64,000 nt of DNA from Pelomyxa schiedti (taxonomy: Eukaryota > Protista > Evosea). Positions 37,411-51,917 of this stretch are shown in pieces. Under the pieces are notes generated by a model. That model worked only from the letters and a program-made list of their open reading frames with translations. It was not told the DNA's origin and did not search any database. The DNA lies in assembly GCA_020536535.1 (NCBI GenBank), contig JAHLWZ010000795.1, positions 62,001 through 126,000 of the forward strand, written 5' to 3'. Position 1 is the first letter of the stretch; the number at the start of each line of letters is the position of its first letter. The position numbers and the translations under genes are program-made.

Positions 37411-37690
37411 GTGCTGAGCACGAGGCAATTCCCCCGCCTGTATTATCTATCAGAAGAAGGGAAGGGTGTTTTGCTGCAATGTAATAGCTCTGTTGTACTA
37501 TGCCCCAATGCTGCTTGCTTGCTTGCTGCTGGCTATCCCCAAAATGACTGATGCCGCCAGACCCACTCAAACTCCCAGCTCCAAATGCACCGCTCCGCAA
37601 ATGCTCCCAAATGCACCGCTCCAAATGGCTCCCAAATGCACACCACCCGCTCTCAAATGCTCCTTGCTGCTCCAAAATGCTCCTTGATTG
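37411..37690 (+). repeat. Dispersed repeat copy A, ending in a degenerate ctcc(c)aaatg tandem array
   Basis: Shares gtgctgagcacgaggca, cccccgcctgtattntctatcagaag and tatccccaaatgac..cactcaaact with 38754-38880. About 8-9 short units lie at 37575-37690. Confidence 0.8.
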
Positions 37691-38732
37691 CCCCGTATGC
37701 TTCAATGTTTATGTGTCGCACCTTCTTCTGTTGTAGCTGGTACTTCTTACCCTGTTTCTTTTTTTATTTGAATAATTTATGTTTTTTTCTCCTTAAAACG
37801 TTGGCGCAAAACCAAAATTTCGCTGCGAAAAAATTCCTCAAGCAGGACCAACGCCAACTTGGGCGAATCTGTTACGGCATCTGTGCCAAGTTCTCTTCGA
37901 ACAGCAATCCGTCCAATGCCAACTGTACCCACAAGCAACCTTAGTCACTCAACGCATTGTCCCAACGCAGGAAAGATCAATGCAGCAAACTACGTAAAGG
38001 TAAATGTAAACGTGGGAAAAAAAAAGTAGACATGCATTTATTTTAGAACTGCCTGTTTAACTGAGATAACAACCAGAGGGAGCGGAAGGTGTTGGTGGGC
38101 AACACTGAAGTGTTAAATTATAAGATACGGATACTGGAGCTGCTCCAATACCACACCTATTAAGGAAGCATCCAAATTTCTTTTAGGAATTGTCATATTA
38201 CATGGAACTCGTGAAGCCTAGGAGGGCAGCGTCAGTATCTGTGACTGCTGATGCCGCACTCCACATTCGCTCCTATTGAAATGTTTGTATGAATACTTGC
38301 TATGGGTTCCCACCCGAAGCAGCGGCAGCGCGAGGCCAGATTGTGTTGAACATCTCTGAAGCATCAACTGTTTCACCCCATATGCATAATTCACCACCCA
38401 ATGCCAATGATTGTTGGTCGGATCAGTTATTCCCTAGTACATGGTTCAATACGCAGTACGATTAAAGGAGGAAAAAACTTCAAGTAAGTGATTAGATAAA
38501 ACTGCTGCCATGAAGTTTCCAGATGGTCCAAGTACCACAGGACAGAATACCTCGATAGCCAGCAGCAACAATTTCCTTGAGGAGGCTAAGTTCCCATTCG
38601 TCTGGAAATCGGTACATATGGCAAGGTTTGAATGATCAAGCCACACGTGAATGATCGACTCCGGTAAGTAGCGTGGTTAATAATTAATTGAATTGACTCT
38701 GATAGCAGGCATTTGGCGCAGGGGAACCTCTT

Positions 38733-38880
38733 CACCCTCACTCAGTGAGGGTGGTGCTGAGCACGAGGCATTAATAATACTCTCCCCCGCCTGTATTTTC
38801 TATCAGAAGGTTATCCCCAAATGACGCATGCACCACCACTCAAACTGCTCTGCTCCCAAATGCACCCAAATGGGATGACG
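38733..38880 (+). repeat. Dispersed repeat copy B preceded by a perfect 10-bp inverted repeat
   Basis: caccctcact-c-agtgagggtg (38733-38753) directly abuts the homology to copy A. Confidence 0.8.
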
Positions 38881-39313
38881 TGGAGCAAAGGAACAACTTC
38901 GACAAGGTAGTCACAGTTGTTGCTGTTGCCATCAATCCATAATGTTTGTTGAAGTGATTTCGTTGGCCGTGTAGTGGAATTATTATTGGTTGGGTCCACT
39001 CCCACTTGTTGGAAGACAACGGAAGATTTTTTCATAATGCCTCAAACAAGCTCTCATGCTGAAACAAGAGAACTTGATTTCCCCCTGTAAGCATCAAAGA
39101 TAAGGTCCACCTATCAAGAAAGTAAAAGAAGCCAAGAAGATTACTATGAGGTACGAATCGGCCTTTTCAAGAATGCAGATCATCGCGTCAACAAGTCTTG
39201 TTTGAAAGGTTCGGACATGATGGAGTGAAAAAGATGAATACTTCTTTGTTCTTCAGGAAATGTAATATTTGTGCCACTTCCTGGGTGAGGGAATGAGGGG
39301 AAAAAAAACGGAC

Positions 39314-39927
39314 CTACAATGCGTAGATTTGTAGCAAGTGAAAACGCACCACTGGGTGAGCCTCACGCATGAATCTAAGCAAAACAGAACACTTGTGACT
39401 CAATGTTGCATTGCTTTTCGTATGCAGTTCAGATTCCAAACTGTTTGTTAACTCGGGGAAGCACGTGATGTGAGTAGAAAGTTCCACCCATTTGAGTGGC
39501 CCAGCGTGCCCCCCACACATGCAACAGGTGCAGCTCCCCTCGTTATCACCACGGCTCCCATCTTCCTTGTCGTTGCTTTCTGGTTCCACAGCCAACGCTT
39601 CGCGTAGGAGGCTCCGGGGGGAAGCTTACAGCCTGAGATTGGGATGAACTTGTGTGGTTCATCATTCAAGAACGCCGGAATCGTTGGAGGCTTTGAGGCG
39701 GCTGTGCCCACGCTCACTGACCGGTCAGCACGGCCTGCTGTTGCTGCCTTTTTTGCATCAAATTTTGTGCTCACAGGGGCGTTGTTTTTGCCACCACCAT
39801 GACTCGGTTCACGCGGCTCGTTTTGCTTTGGTATTGCTGTCGCAGATTCGGCAACAGGAACAGAAGACGCAGATGTTGTGGTTGTGCAGACGCACAGATC
39901 TTGCTTTGTTAGTGAAAGATGTCTCAT
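39314..39927 (-). pseudogene. Possible frameshifted or unresolved gene with a PHD-like Cys/His cluster
   Basis: Two overlapping minus ORFs switch frame near a C6 run at about 39615-39620. The downstream frame reads CCMCGGHAGPLKWVELSTHITC. Confidence 0.3.
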
Positions 39928-40232
39928 GTGTATGCGACGGAGATCCGGACATTGTTGTTGCGGCTAGAATATTTTCCTTCTTTTTGCGCACGATGAGTGA
40001 GCTCGTGTGGGTACCACCACCAAGGATGTTGCCCTCATCAACTTCAACCCCAAAATTAATTTATAAAAACACGAGTAAAAGACACGGTGGGTGCGCGACC
40101 ATACATGGAGACAAGAAGTGTTAAAATGTTTTTGACTTTAAAATCAGGGTCTTTGACCCATGTGTAGCAAGATTCATGGTAGTAAATGGAATGTGGTATT
40201 TATTTCACTGGAATACAATGCGCAATGGGGTG

Positions 40233-41504
40233 TCACCAGATGCGAGAGGAATAACCAGGTTCAAATGCACTGAAGGAGCAACCAGGGAGGAGGAACTCGA
40301 CGGTGGCAACGGTCTTCATGTCCAACGACGCCGATGCCTCAATCACGTGTATTTTCTTCCTGTCATCACTCACTTTCAGGAAGAAGCCAAGGCCAATCAT
40401 GAAGTGCTGCATCTTGGGCACTTGGATGCTCGAAATTGCGTTGTGGAGGTTGTTACAATCCCAGATGAGAACTTTGGTCGTGTGCAAAACACAGAACAGA
40501 GACTCACTCAGTTGAGACACTCCTCTTGCTCTTCTGTCAAGAACTGAGGTCACAGTTTCTTCTTGGGAATCATTCGTATCTAATGCCAATGCGCGGAGGG
40601 GCATGCCTAAATGAGCAGATGAAGCAATGAAAATGGCTTGGCCGTTGCTTTTTCTCATTGGCAGAAGATCCCTGATCTTTGAACCTTTGCAACTTCTACA
40701 CATCAACTTGATTGAGCTCATTGAGAGGATTTTTGTGGAGCAGGATGCATCGGCGTCAATGATCCAAAGTGTCAGGTCGTACTTATGTGATTTTTTGCTG
40801 CTGGTATCGCGGAGAACAATAAAAGCTTCGTTCTCAACAAACTTATTGAAGCAGACAAAGCAAGAAGCCATGCCAGGAGGAAATGGGAAAACATGGTCAG
40901 CAACAGCATCATCTCGTTGTGTCGGCAGACTCCCCAAAACGATTCTGCTTTCCTTGGCGTGTTTCCCACCGCAGCAAGCCATGAACCACTTGCTGTTGGC
41001 ACAAAACCACTTGTCTCGATCAGAGAGATACATCAAGTCGTCAGCCTTCTCGGTAAACACCAGGGTATCCACTCCCATAAGTTCGTCCCTCAAGAAAAGC
41101 TCGTGGTAATTCCACCCCAATCCACGCCCACCACCCAGCCTCCATTCATAGTTCAACGACTCCCTCACAGTCAACTCGTGCGTGATTCCCAGAAGTAACA
41201 TCGAGATGCCGATCTCAAACACACACGATCTCTTGAGCGGGTGCCCTGGTGGGCTCCTCGACACCCTGACGTCGACGGCGAGCCACCTCACGCACCCCAT
41301 CACCCACTCGTCCCATAACAGCCTCACAACTGGCGCAGCGAGCGCAACCCCGGCCTTCCGCCCACGAGGGCGCGTCGCCAGCAGCAGCGCGGCAACTTGG
41401 TCGCGCGCGCGTATACCGGCCAAGTTGGGTGCGCCCTGCCACGGCATCGCCTCTTTTGAGTTCCTTGATCTCTTTGGTGGTGGTCCACACACGACGTCGC
41501 TCAT
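40233..41504 (-). CDS. Single-exon hypothetical protein (423 aa) with helical N-terminal motif and beta-rich C-terminal region
   Basis: Uninterrupted ORF with a GC-rich 5' end. N-terminal motif IRARDQVAALLLA..VVRLLWDEWV, then beta-strand-like repeats (LTLWIID, VLIWDCNN). Confidence 0.75.
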   Translation of the reverse strand: MSDVVCGPPPKRSRNSKEAMPWQGAPNLAGIRARDQVAALLLATRPRGRKAGVALAAPVVRLLWDEWVMGCVRWLAVDVRVSRSPPGHPLKRSCVFEIGISMLLLGITHELTVRESLNYEWRLGGGRGLGWNYHELFLRDELMGVDTLVFTEKADDLMYLSDRDKWFCANSKWFMACCGGKHAKESRIVLGSLPTQRDDAVADHVFPFPPGMASCFVCFNKFVENEAFIVLRDTSSKKSHKYDLTLWIIDADASCSTKILSMSSIKLMCRSCKGSKIRDLLPMRKSNGQAIFIASSAHLGMPLRALALDTNDSQEETVTSVLDRRARGVSQLSESLFCVLHTTKVLIWDCNNLHNAISSIQVPKMQHFMIGLGFFLKVSDDRKKIHVIEASASLDMKTVATVEFLLPGCSFSAFEPGYSSRIW

Positions 41505-41681
41505 TGGGTGCGTTAGTCAACGTAATGTGGTGGTTTTTTTTATTTATGTACAAGAACAAAGGTAGGTGGGTTTCTTTTAAACAGGCCGCGGGTGACTAGG
41601 GTCACATCATCGACGTTGATGTTTGTTCGAAAAAAAAGAAAAATCAACGGATCGGAAACGAAATTCGATCAAAAAAAACTG

Positions 41682-44549
41682 TCACGGTATTATGGCGGGA
41701 TTAAGTCGCACCAATTGGGGAATGCTATCTGCAACAGAGAATGGAATATTACCGGTGGGAGTGTTCCAATGTTGCCTGTTCCTCGGCCCCATCCAACAAT
41801 CTGTTTGTTTGTTGTTGGTTGGGTGGAGGCTCACACAACATACACACCAGTGAAATGAGCTTGCGTTTGTCATTGAAGGCTAAGGTTGGGAGTGAGTGAA
41901 CAGGGTGAAGAAAATGTTTAGGGTGCTATAACAACGGCTTGTGTGAGAAAGATTATTTACCGTTGGAATCAAACAACAGCTCGGGAAATCCAGTGCCCCA
42001 AAAAATCCTGAATCGTTGATCTGCAGATGGTGAGCTTTCGTCAATTTCTTAGAGTGCATGCGGTCTTTGAGCAGTGTGTGGGATTCTCCACATGTTATTC
42101 TCGTGAAGTCGGTTGATGAAAGAGTGGTGGAAACATGAGGGGTGTTAAATATAGTCCTTGGAGGTTTTCCGGTCAGCTGTGTTTGTGAGTTATCTCCCCA
42201 GATAAGAACATCCCCGGAATCTATGGAACTGTATGGTAGGTATGTTGGAGGTTTTAGGAAGTGGCAATACCTAAAATCGCGAACGAGTGGTTTGCACCGC
42301 ATTCAATTGCACTTGTTGGCCTGCCCCATATTATTGAAGAAACCACGGCATAGGGTTTTGTTTTATTGGAGCAATCGCCAACCCCAATCTGGCCAAGGTT
42401 ATTTGCTCCCCACGCGTACACATCACCAGATTCTATGACTTGTAAGAGGCAAATCATTAAGTTTGTAAAAGGATACCAATAACCACAACAGAATGATTGA
42501 CGCCACAGCTCATTGAAAGAATTGGAATTCCAAAAAGGCCTTCAACAACAGTTAGAAGGTTTCTGGTTTTCCAATCTCCAAGCCCAAGTTGCCCAGAGCT
42601 ATTGTTCCCACAACTCAGGAGTGTATTCGAACCTGTTTGTCATCAGGCACCGCAGTGGAAAAGAATATAAAAACTCAACACAAAGAAATCAGAGTGTGAG
42701 ACCATCCGCATGCAACAAGAGAGATCCCAGTGTTGTTGTCAAAGCGGACTCTCTGAGGTCTACAGTGATTGCTGAAATCACCCAGGCCCAGTTGGCCAGA
42801 AGAATTCTCTCCCCAAGAAATCAACTGACCGGAATCTAACGATTGTGATGAAATCAAAAAAATCAGCACATTGGGGATACCAGATACTCCAACGGTGAAG
42901 TTACCCCCGCAATAAATCCTTTTGCAGAAAAGGCCCGGAACAACTGTAGGCGTACACTGGGGAGTGAGGTAATCACCCAAACCAAGTTGTCCAAAGTTAT
43001 TGGACCCCCAGCTCAGCACACTCCAATCCGCTGCCAAGTTTGAGTCAGCCAACAGTTAAAAAAAAGCCGAATTTAAATACATACATGCTACAGCCGCCGA
43101 GTGGAAGGCACCACAACTTATGGACTTGATCTTCTTGCTGAATTCCACGTTCATGAGGATCGGACTTGACCGGGAAACATAATCACCCAGTCCAAGTTGC
43201 CCAAGTTCATTTTCTCCCCAGCATAAGATATCAGAGTCCTTTCCTGCTGATTTGTGTAAAAAAAAAATGTGGGGGAAAAAGTCATACACCAGAAGTGATG
43301 CTTGGCTGCAGGACCACCAGATGTTAAGGAAGGTTTTAATGTTACATGCACCGGAGAACATTGGAGAGGTACCCATGGGCCGTGGTCGATTGAAAACCTC
43401 CCTGAGACAGCTATCCATAGACTTCTTTCAGCAGATGTGCGCTTTGTCTTGTGGGACAATATGAGACAAACTGCAGGAATCGAGGCGTCAATGTGGGCTT
43501 TTAGTATGCGCTCGGGAAATGTTTTAACTTTCCACTGTATTTCTCCACAAGCCGTTTTGCAAGGCTGCCCCTGGGTGTCCATCACCTGCAAAGGGCTCTC
43601 AGTGCATCCTCTTTTCGACACCGTACAGTGAGTTGGTGCGCAGAGAGTGATTGTAGTGGGTTACCTCTATCGGGATTCTAAATTCTGGTGTAGATTTCAG
43701 CAAGGACTCTTCAAGCACCTCCATAGATTCATGGAAGCCAATCCTACACTTGGCCAAGTGTGGCCGCGGAATGATTTCCACGGTTCCGGCGGAAGGTATC
43801 AGTGTATTCCCACGGGCCGGCGACGTTATTGACCTGGTAAACAGCCGGTATGTACTGTGCCGAGGCCTTTTTGGATCGCTACGCGGTATGGTATGCACAT
43901 GCCAATCGGAAGCAGGGAAAACACCCCACCCCACAGGAGGCGTGGTAGTAGTAATAGTAGTAATAGTAGTAGTAGTTGTTGTTGTTGTGACAGTGTTCAC
44001 ACCAGGGTCGAATGTAAACACAGCAGCACCGGCCTGCTCTCCTTCCTGTTGATGGTCGTGGTGACTGGTGTTCTGTATGAGTGAATCCAGAGCGATCTGC
44101 ATTGCCCTGTTCCTGTCGTGTGCGGCCACACCAACAACCCACTCGAACCAATCCCCGTCGCCCCTGTCGCCACCGCCACCACCATTCATCCCATTACTAG
44201 CAGTACCATCATCGCCATCACGACCACCCACAGCAACCTGGCGCTGCTGGTGCTGTTGATGGGGGTGATGTGTTGGCGGTGGCTGTGGTTGCGGCGGGTA
44301 TGGCGATGCTGCCGTGGCGGTGGCAGGTGGTGGTGGTGGTTGGTGTTGGTGTTGTGGTGGGGGCGGGTCACCGGTCTCGTCGTCGTCGTCGTCGTCGTCG
44401 TTGGTGGTGCCTCGTGGGCGTGGCCTCTTGACGCCGGCGGTGGTTGAGCTGTTGTCGTTGGAGCTGGTGCTGGTGGCCCCCACTCCCTCCTGTTGTTTCG
44501 TGCTGGTGTATGTTGTGTTGGTATCAGGGTGGCTCTTGGTTGTTCCCAT
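41682..44549 (-). CDS. RCC1-repeat protein with low-complexity N-terminus and a possible filamin-type Ig repeat
   Basis: Repeated WGxNxxGQLGLGD..P..V..IxCGxxHS/T units in exons from 41.9 to 43.3 kb. The upstream ORF from MGTTKSH (44549) joins by a GT-AG intron to give EFRIPIE|VMDTQGQPCKTACGE. Both ends are approximate. Confidence 0.75.
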
Positions 44550-45032
44550 GCCGAGAAGAATACGCTCGTTTGAACACTTTTTTTTTTTTGTTTCTTCTGT
44601 GTCGCAGGTGGCCTGGCCCAGGAAAACCCGCTCCAGCCTGGGCATCTGGCTTCCTTGGTCAGAGATCCAGATAGCCCCAGGGAACAGCGCAATTGTGTTT
44701 CGGAGAAGACGTCAGTGGTGGTGGAATGCTGCAGGGAGGGGGGAGGGGTCAGGCTGGGAGCGCCGGGGGGGTGTGCGAATCACCGCCCCGAAACTACCCA
44801 CGACACAGGACGACTCGCGTTTGTGTGTTGTGGTTCTTTGTCATTCTTGTGGGTTTGAGCTCAACAGCTGCATCATCCATTTGTCTGAAAAGCAACCCAT
44901 TTTTATGCCTTTGTACTTGGGTGAGTCGAATTCTCAAGACCCGACAGTGTGGCCACGGAAAACCCACTCTTGACCTCACTTGAAACAAGTCAATACGAGG
45001 TCGAATTCCTTCTCTCCTACTGAAGATAGCTC

Positions 45033-45820
45033 CTATTTGGCGAACGCAATCGCTAACACTGTCATACAATGATAAAAACCCCAAGGTAATGAGGTTACAC
45101 TCACTTGTTTTTCCAACTTTGGCACAGGGGTTCGTGCCCACTTCTCCCGAGACCTCATTGGCTCCTGCAAGCGGTTACAGTTTCGCACACAAAATTTTGC
45201 TTCTACTGGTAAATGCACCCTACTGCCAAATAGACAGCCAAAGTAAAAAAAAAACAAAAAAAAGGCAACTCATCATAATATAGAGTGCAGAGAAACCAAG
45301 TGAAACAAAACATTTCAACACTGGAACAGCCGCACACAACAGCAGCACAAACAGTGGAGCTCTCCTCAGTACCATGTATTTTCTTCACTACCAAATACTT
45401 TGTAATCAACTCACAGAGTCTTCTCCACTCTCCCTCTAACATATGTACAGATTCACCTTTTTTGTAGAAACCATGCCCCACTGAGCACTGCCACATAGAC
45501 AATGACACGTATGATCGAAGTCTTTCGTTTAGATTGCGGTACCAAACCCTCACTCTTGTTTTACAACCCTCACTTTCTCTCTAAGGACTGCCTTGAACAA
45601 CTCTATGTAACACCATAGCGTGACGCACTTACTGGCTGTACAAGTCAGTCATGATCCCACCAATCAGACAAGTCCACTCCAAGAAGCTATCCACCAACAT
45701 AACATTTCTTGCAGTTACAACTACAACTCACACCAGTGGTACAGGCAGAACTTTGGGAAAAAGGGTTTGAAGTACCCCACCCCAAACATCCTCTGGGCCT
45801 AATTCAGAAGACTTAAACAT
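45033..45820 (-). CDS. Hypothetical protein, possible F-box-like N-terminus
   Basis: ATG 45820 reads MFKSSELGPEDVWGGVLQTLFP, with downstream ORFs at 45203-45553 and 45033-45257. I could not splice it cleanly. Confidence 0.3.
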
Positions 45821-45849
45821 TGTTTTGCATTCTTAATTGTTCCTTTCTT

Positions 45850-47489
45850 TCATGAAGAGCTCTTGGCCTTAGCATCTACAAAGAACTGGTCAATGATGGG
45901 AGCATCCACACCATCGTTTTGCATCTTCTGCCTCACCACAGGTTCAGGTAATCCCACCTTGAGCATTGTGGAGTACTTGCCAAGGTTCTTTGCGCCGGCC
46001 GTTGCAACAGCATTTGCCTTGGCAGCAGCCGCGGCCGCTTCTTCCTCGGTCACATTCACGAATGGAATCTTCCCGCCGGGTACAATTCCGTGCCCTGTGG
46101 CTGCCATTTCGAGCCACCAGCTTCCAAACCAGAGTGAGAATGGCCGCCGTACTACATTGAATGTGGGGTTGATGGAGTGCGCAAAGTCGATGCGGTAGTG
46201 CCCCTGCTCATTCTTCTTGGCTATTTTGCCTATGTCACCACCGTACGGGCCCCCAGTGAGCTTGACGTGCTTTCCGATGTGGAGGTCCCAGACGATTTGT
46301 TTGGAGCGAGTGGAACAGGGTTCGCCTTGGGCATTGAATGGTACTCTTATCTGTTCCTCGCCTACAATGCAGTCTGCAGGAAGGTTCGGGGTGTAGAGCG
46401 GAGTGTCCATTGGGCTAACTTGTGAACCCAATCCCAACCTATCCACTAATGCTGTGAGTACATCATCAACTCGGCCGTAGATGCGTAGAGCTGCCCATTC
46501 GTCATAAGGAGTTTGTTGCAGGTTGATAATAACCAAGCCTTGGCACAGGACTGGGTGATGGTATCCCCTTTTGGCAATTGACTTTGGAACGCTATCAGCA
46601 GTGAACCCGGACATGGATGTGCCCAATGCTATACACATATCTGCTTTTTTCTTCCACTCGTTCATCCACGCACATAGGTCAGGGCGCAACTGCCCTTCAT
46701 AGGGTACAATGGGATTTGCTGGATCATGCAGCGAACCATGTATTTCATTGAGTGCATACTGTGGATATCCAGCCTTCTGAGGCAGACTGTCATGGTTCTA
46801 GAAATAAGTAAGACCGAAAGTTGAGGGAAAAAAGGTTATTTATTAATTATTTAATAAGAAGCAAACAATTTCAATACCAAAGGTTTTTCAAACACGGGGA
46901 AGGGAAAGAAAAGAAAAAAAAAAGTTCTAACCTGCTGAACCCAATGCTTTAGGATTCCAGCGCGGAACAAAGCGGCGAGGACCCTGTGTGCCTTCGTGGG
47001 CCTGGCCAGCTTCCAGTCCTTTACCTTGGGCCTCTCAGCGCCGCTCGCGTCGTGCGACATGGCGGACTCGGCGCGGGACTTTGTGGCGTAGTCGTCGATC
47101 CCCGCGGCGGTGCTGATGCCGGCGCCGGTGTACGCGACGAGGGCGGAGGACTTGCGCACCATGCGGACGAGCGCGTCGACCTTGGCGGCCATGACCTCGG
47201 GCTGGTCGGTGTACTCGTGGGCCTTGATGCCCGTGAAGGTGTGCCGCGCGTTCACGTCGTAGTGCATGACGACGCGGGGGGGCGCCCAGCCCGGGTCCCC
47301 GCGGTTGCCGTGCATCCTCTCCCACGTCTCGCCCGTCATCACCTCGCCCTCCTCCGCGGCGGCGCTGCTGCCGCTGGCGGTGGTGGTGCTGGTGGCGGCC
47401 GACGCGGCTACGGAGGCGGCCAGGGCCTCTGCCTCGGGGGTTCCTGGGGGCGGGGGCGGTGCGGGTGCTGTGCCGGTTGTCGTTGACAT
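45850..47489 (-). CDS. Sirtuin (SIR2-family NAD-dependent deacylase) lacking the Zn subdomain, fused to KOW-like and CCDC53-like C-terminal modules
   Basis: Sirtuin motifs YTGAGISTAAGIDDY, PTKAH, VQQ|NHD, EIHG, LGTSM, IINLQQTPYD and IYGRVDDV. One intron at about 46798-46930. Then GKHVKLTGGPYGGDIG and KYSTMLKVGLPEPVVRQKMQNDGVD. Confidence 0.9.
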
Positions 47490-47734
47490 TTTGCTGTAGG
47501 TTATTTTTTTTTTTTCTTGAAACAAACCGAATAACATCGATGTTGTCTTCGTTCGCTAGAGGAAAAGGTGCGGAAAGGCAAAAATGGAAGTTAACGGACC
47601 AAGGGGCGCTCGACTTACAGTCAATCTGATTCCGTAGCTTCACACAGTGTGACGACACTTGTGGGGGAAATTGTCAAGAAGAACAAGACTCCCCGCTGTC
47701 CCAACTTGGGTGTTCCCTTCGTGCGAAAGTAGCG

Positions 47735-49075
47735 ATGGTAGGTGCCGCGGGCAGCGACGCCTACTCCAGCCTCGTCGCCGTAAGCAGCAGCCCCCACGTC
47801 TACGATGCAAGCAGCGTCGGCAGCAGCGGCGTCTCTGGGAGCGAGGGCGAGGAGGGCAAGTACTACCTGGTGTACCCGGTGGTGGGCGTGGCGATGGCGT
47901 CGCTGCTGGGCTCCCTGTTTGTAATCGCGTGGATCATCACCTCGAGGAGGATGAAGACTTTCCACTGGAGACTCGTTTTTATGTCATCTTTGTGCCAGTC
48001 CCTAGGTTGGTTGGTTTTTTTTTTTTTTTTTTTTTTTTGGGCTATCTATATCCCTTTGTGAAGCGAAAGCAGCGATCACGAGCGAAAGCAAAATCACAAT
48101 AATGGTAGAATAAATGCAAAACATCCGGTTCAGTTGCATGTTCCCTTGAGTTAATTGTATTTATACAGTTTCTCTGACACTCGTTCTGGAGTACCCCTTC
48201 TTTGAGTTTACAGACGAGGAGTCGACGTGGTGTTCTCTGCAAGGTGTCCGGGGGTATTTTGCTCTTATCACTTCCCACCAACACACAATCCTCACAAAGG
48301 TTTCTTTCAGTCCGCGTTCCAGCTTGCTGGCGAGATGTGGATAATGGGTATCTCATTTAGATTGCATAGGTGACTTACCCTTCATCCTTTGTCTGCGAAT
48401 TAATTACAAAAACGCAGACTGGCGAGGAAAAAACAACCCCTTGGTCCCGCGTGTGAAATTATGTTCCACCTGTTAATATGGCCAGTGTGTGCTTTATTGG
48501 CCGCTATTCCATTTTATAGCTCCAGTGATCCTCTTGTATATGTGCCCCTTGCCTGTGGATATTGCTGGCTCACTCCGGACGCAGCGATAGCCAGAATTCT
48601 GATCTTTTATGTTCCGCAGTGGTTCGTCATCTTCACAACTATCGGCTTGTACATACACGTGACCTACATCCTCCGCGAGCCCATCAGACTTTACACTATG
48701 CGTACATTGCGGCTTACCAGGAGGTCAAGCTCCAGCAGGTTCCTGCTGGCCGAGGCGCCGGTTCTTACCACAACACCGCCCGAAAAGCGGCAGGCCCTGA
48801 AACGGGCCATCAGGGCAGTGAGACAGCTAGTCCTATATCCAATGTGCATGCTACTGACATGGGTTCCATGCACAGTGTGCAGGGTGATTCAGGCCGTGAA
48901 CGGCGGAGTGGAGGACAAGGTGACATCCACAGTCCTTGCGTGGATGAATGACACCACAGGCCTGTTTTTCTTCTTCGCGTGCCTGTTGACTGGAGAAGTA
49001 TTCCAGGACTTGAAAAAACTATGCCGCAGAATGTGCTGCTGCCGGCGGGATTCAGATCAACTTACAGCCAATTAA
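47735..49075 (+). CDS. cAMP-receptor-like / GCR1-like seven-transmembrane GPCR
   Basis: SLLGSLFVIAWI..RLVFMSSLC, HLLIWPVCALLAAIPF, CGYCWL, FYVPQWFVI and LVLYPMCMLLTWVPCTVCR follow the CAR/Git3-type pattern. Confidence 0.8.
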
Positions 49076-49316
49076 TTGAACAACCACCCGAGCAATTCCA
49101 ATCCCAATTCAATTGGAACCACTCTCAGCACAAGAATTAGGCGACAAGCTATTCTTCATTGACATGTCAATAATCACCTCACACCCTCCTACAAAAACGC
49201 AGCCTTTCAATCAGACCAATCAATCACCAGATCTGTCAAGATCTGATGGGAATTTTTCGAAGTCAAACGAAACGCTAAAAAAAAGGAAAAACAAGAAAAA
49301 GAAAACTCTTCAAACG

Positions 49317-51917
<2,601 letters not shown>

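Noticed and set aside
37575-37690. Short tandem units that might be a CRISPR array
   Set aside because: The units are about 10-15 nt, degenerate and lack unique spacers. No cas genes are present and the context is eukaryotic.
37800-38700. Possible transposase or gene remnants between the direct repeats
   Set aside because: Only short, stop-interrupted frames; I could not recognise any DDE, RT, integrase or Rep motif.
43750-44973. Plus-strand poly-V/poly-W/poly-S ORFs
   Set aside because: Antisense readings of trinucleotide repeats (polyT, polyD, polyP) in the minus-strand RCC1 gene.
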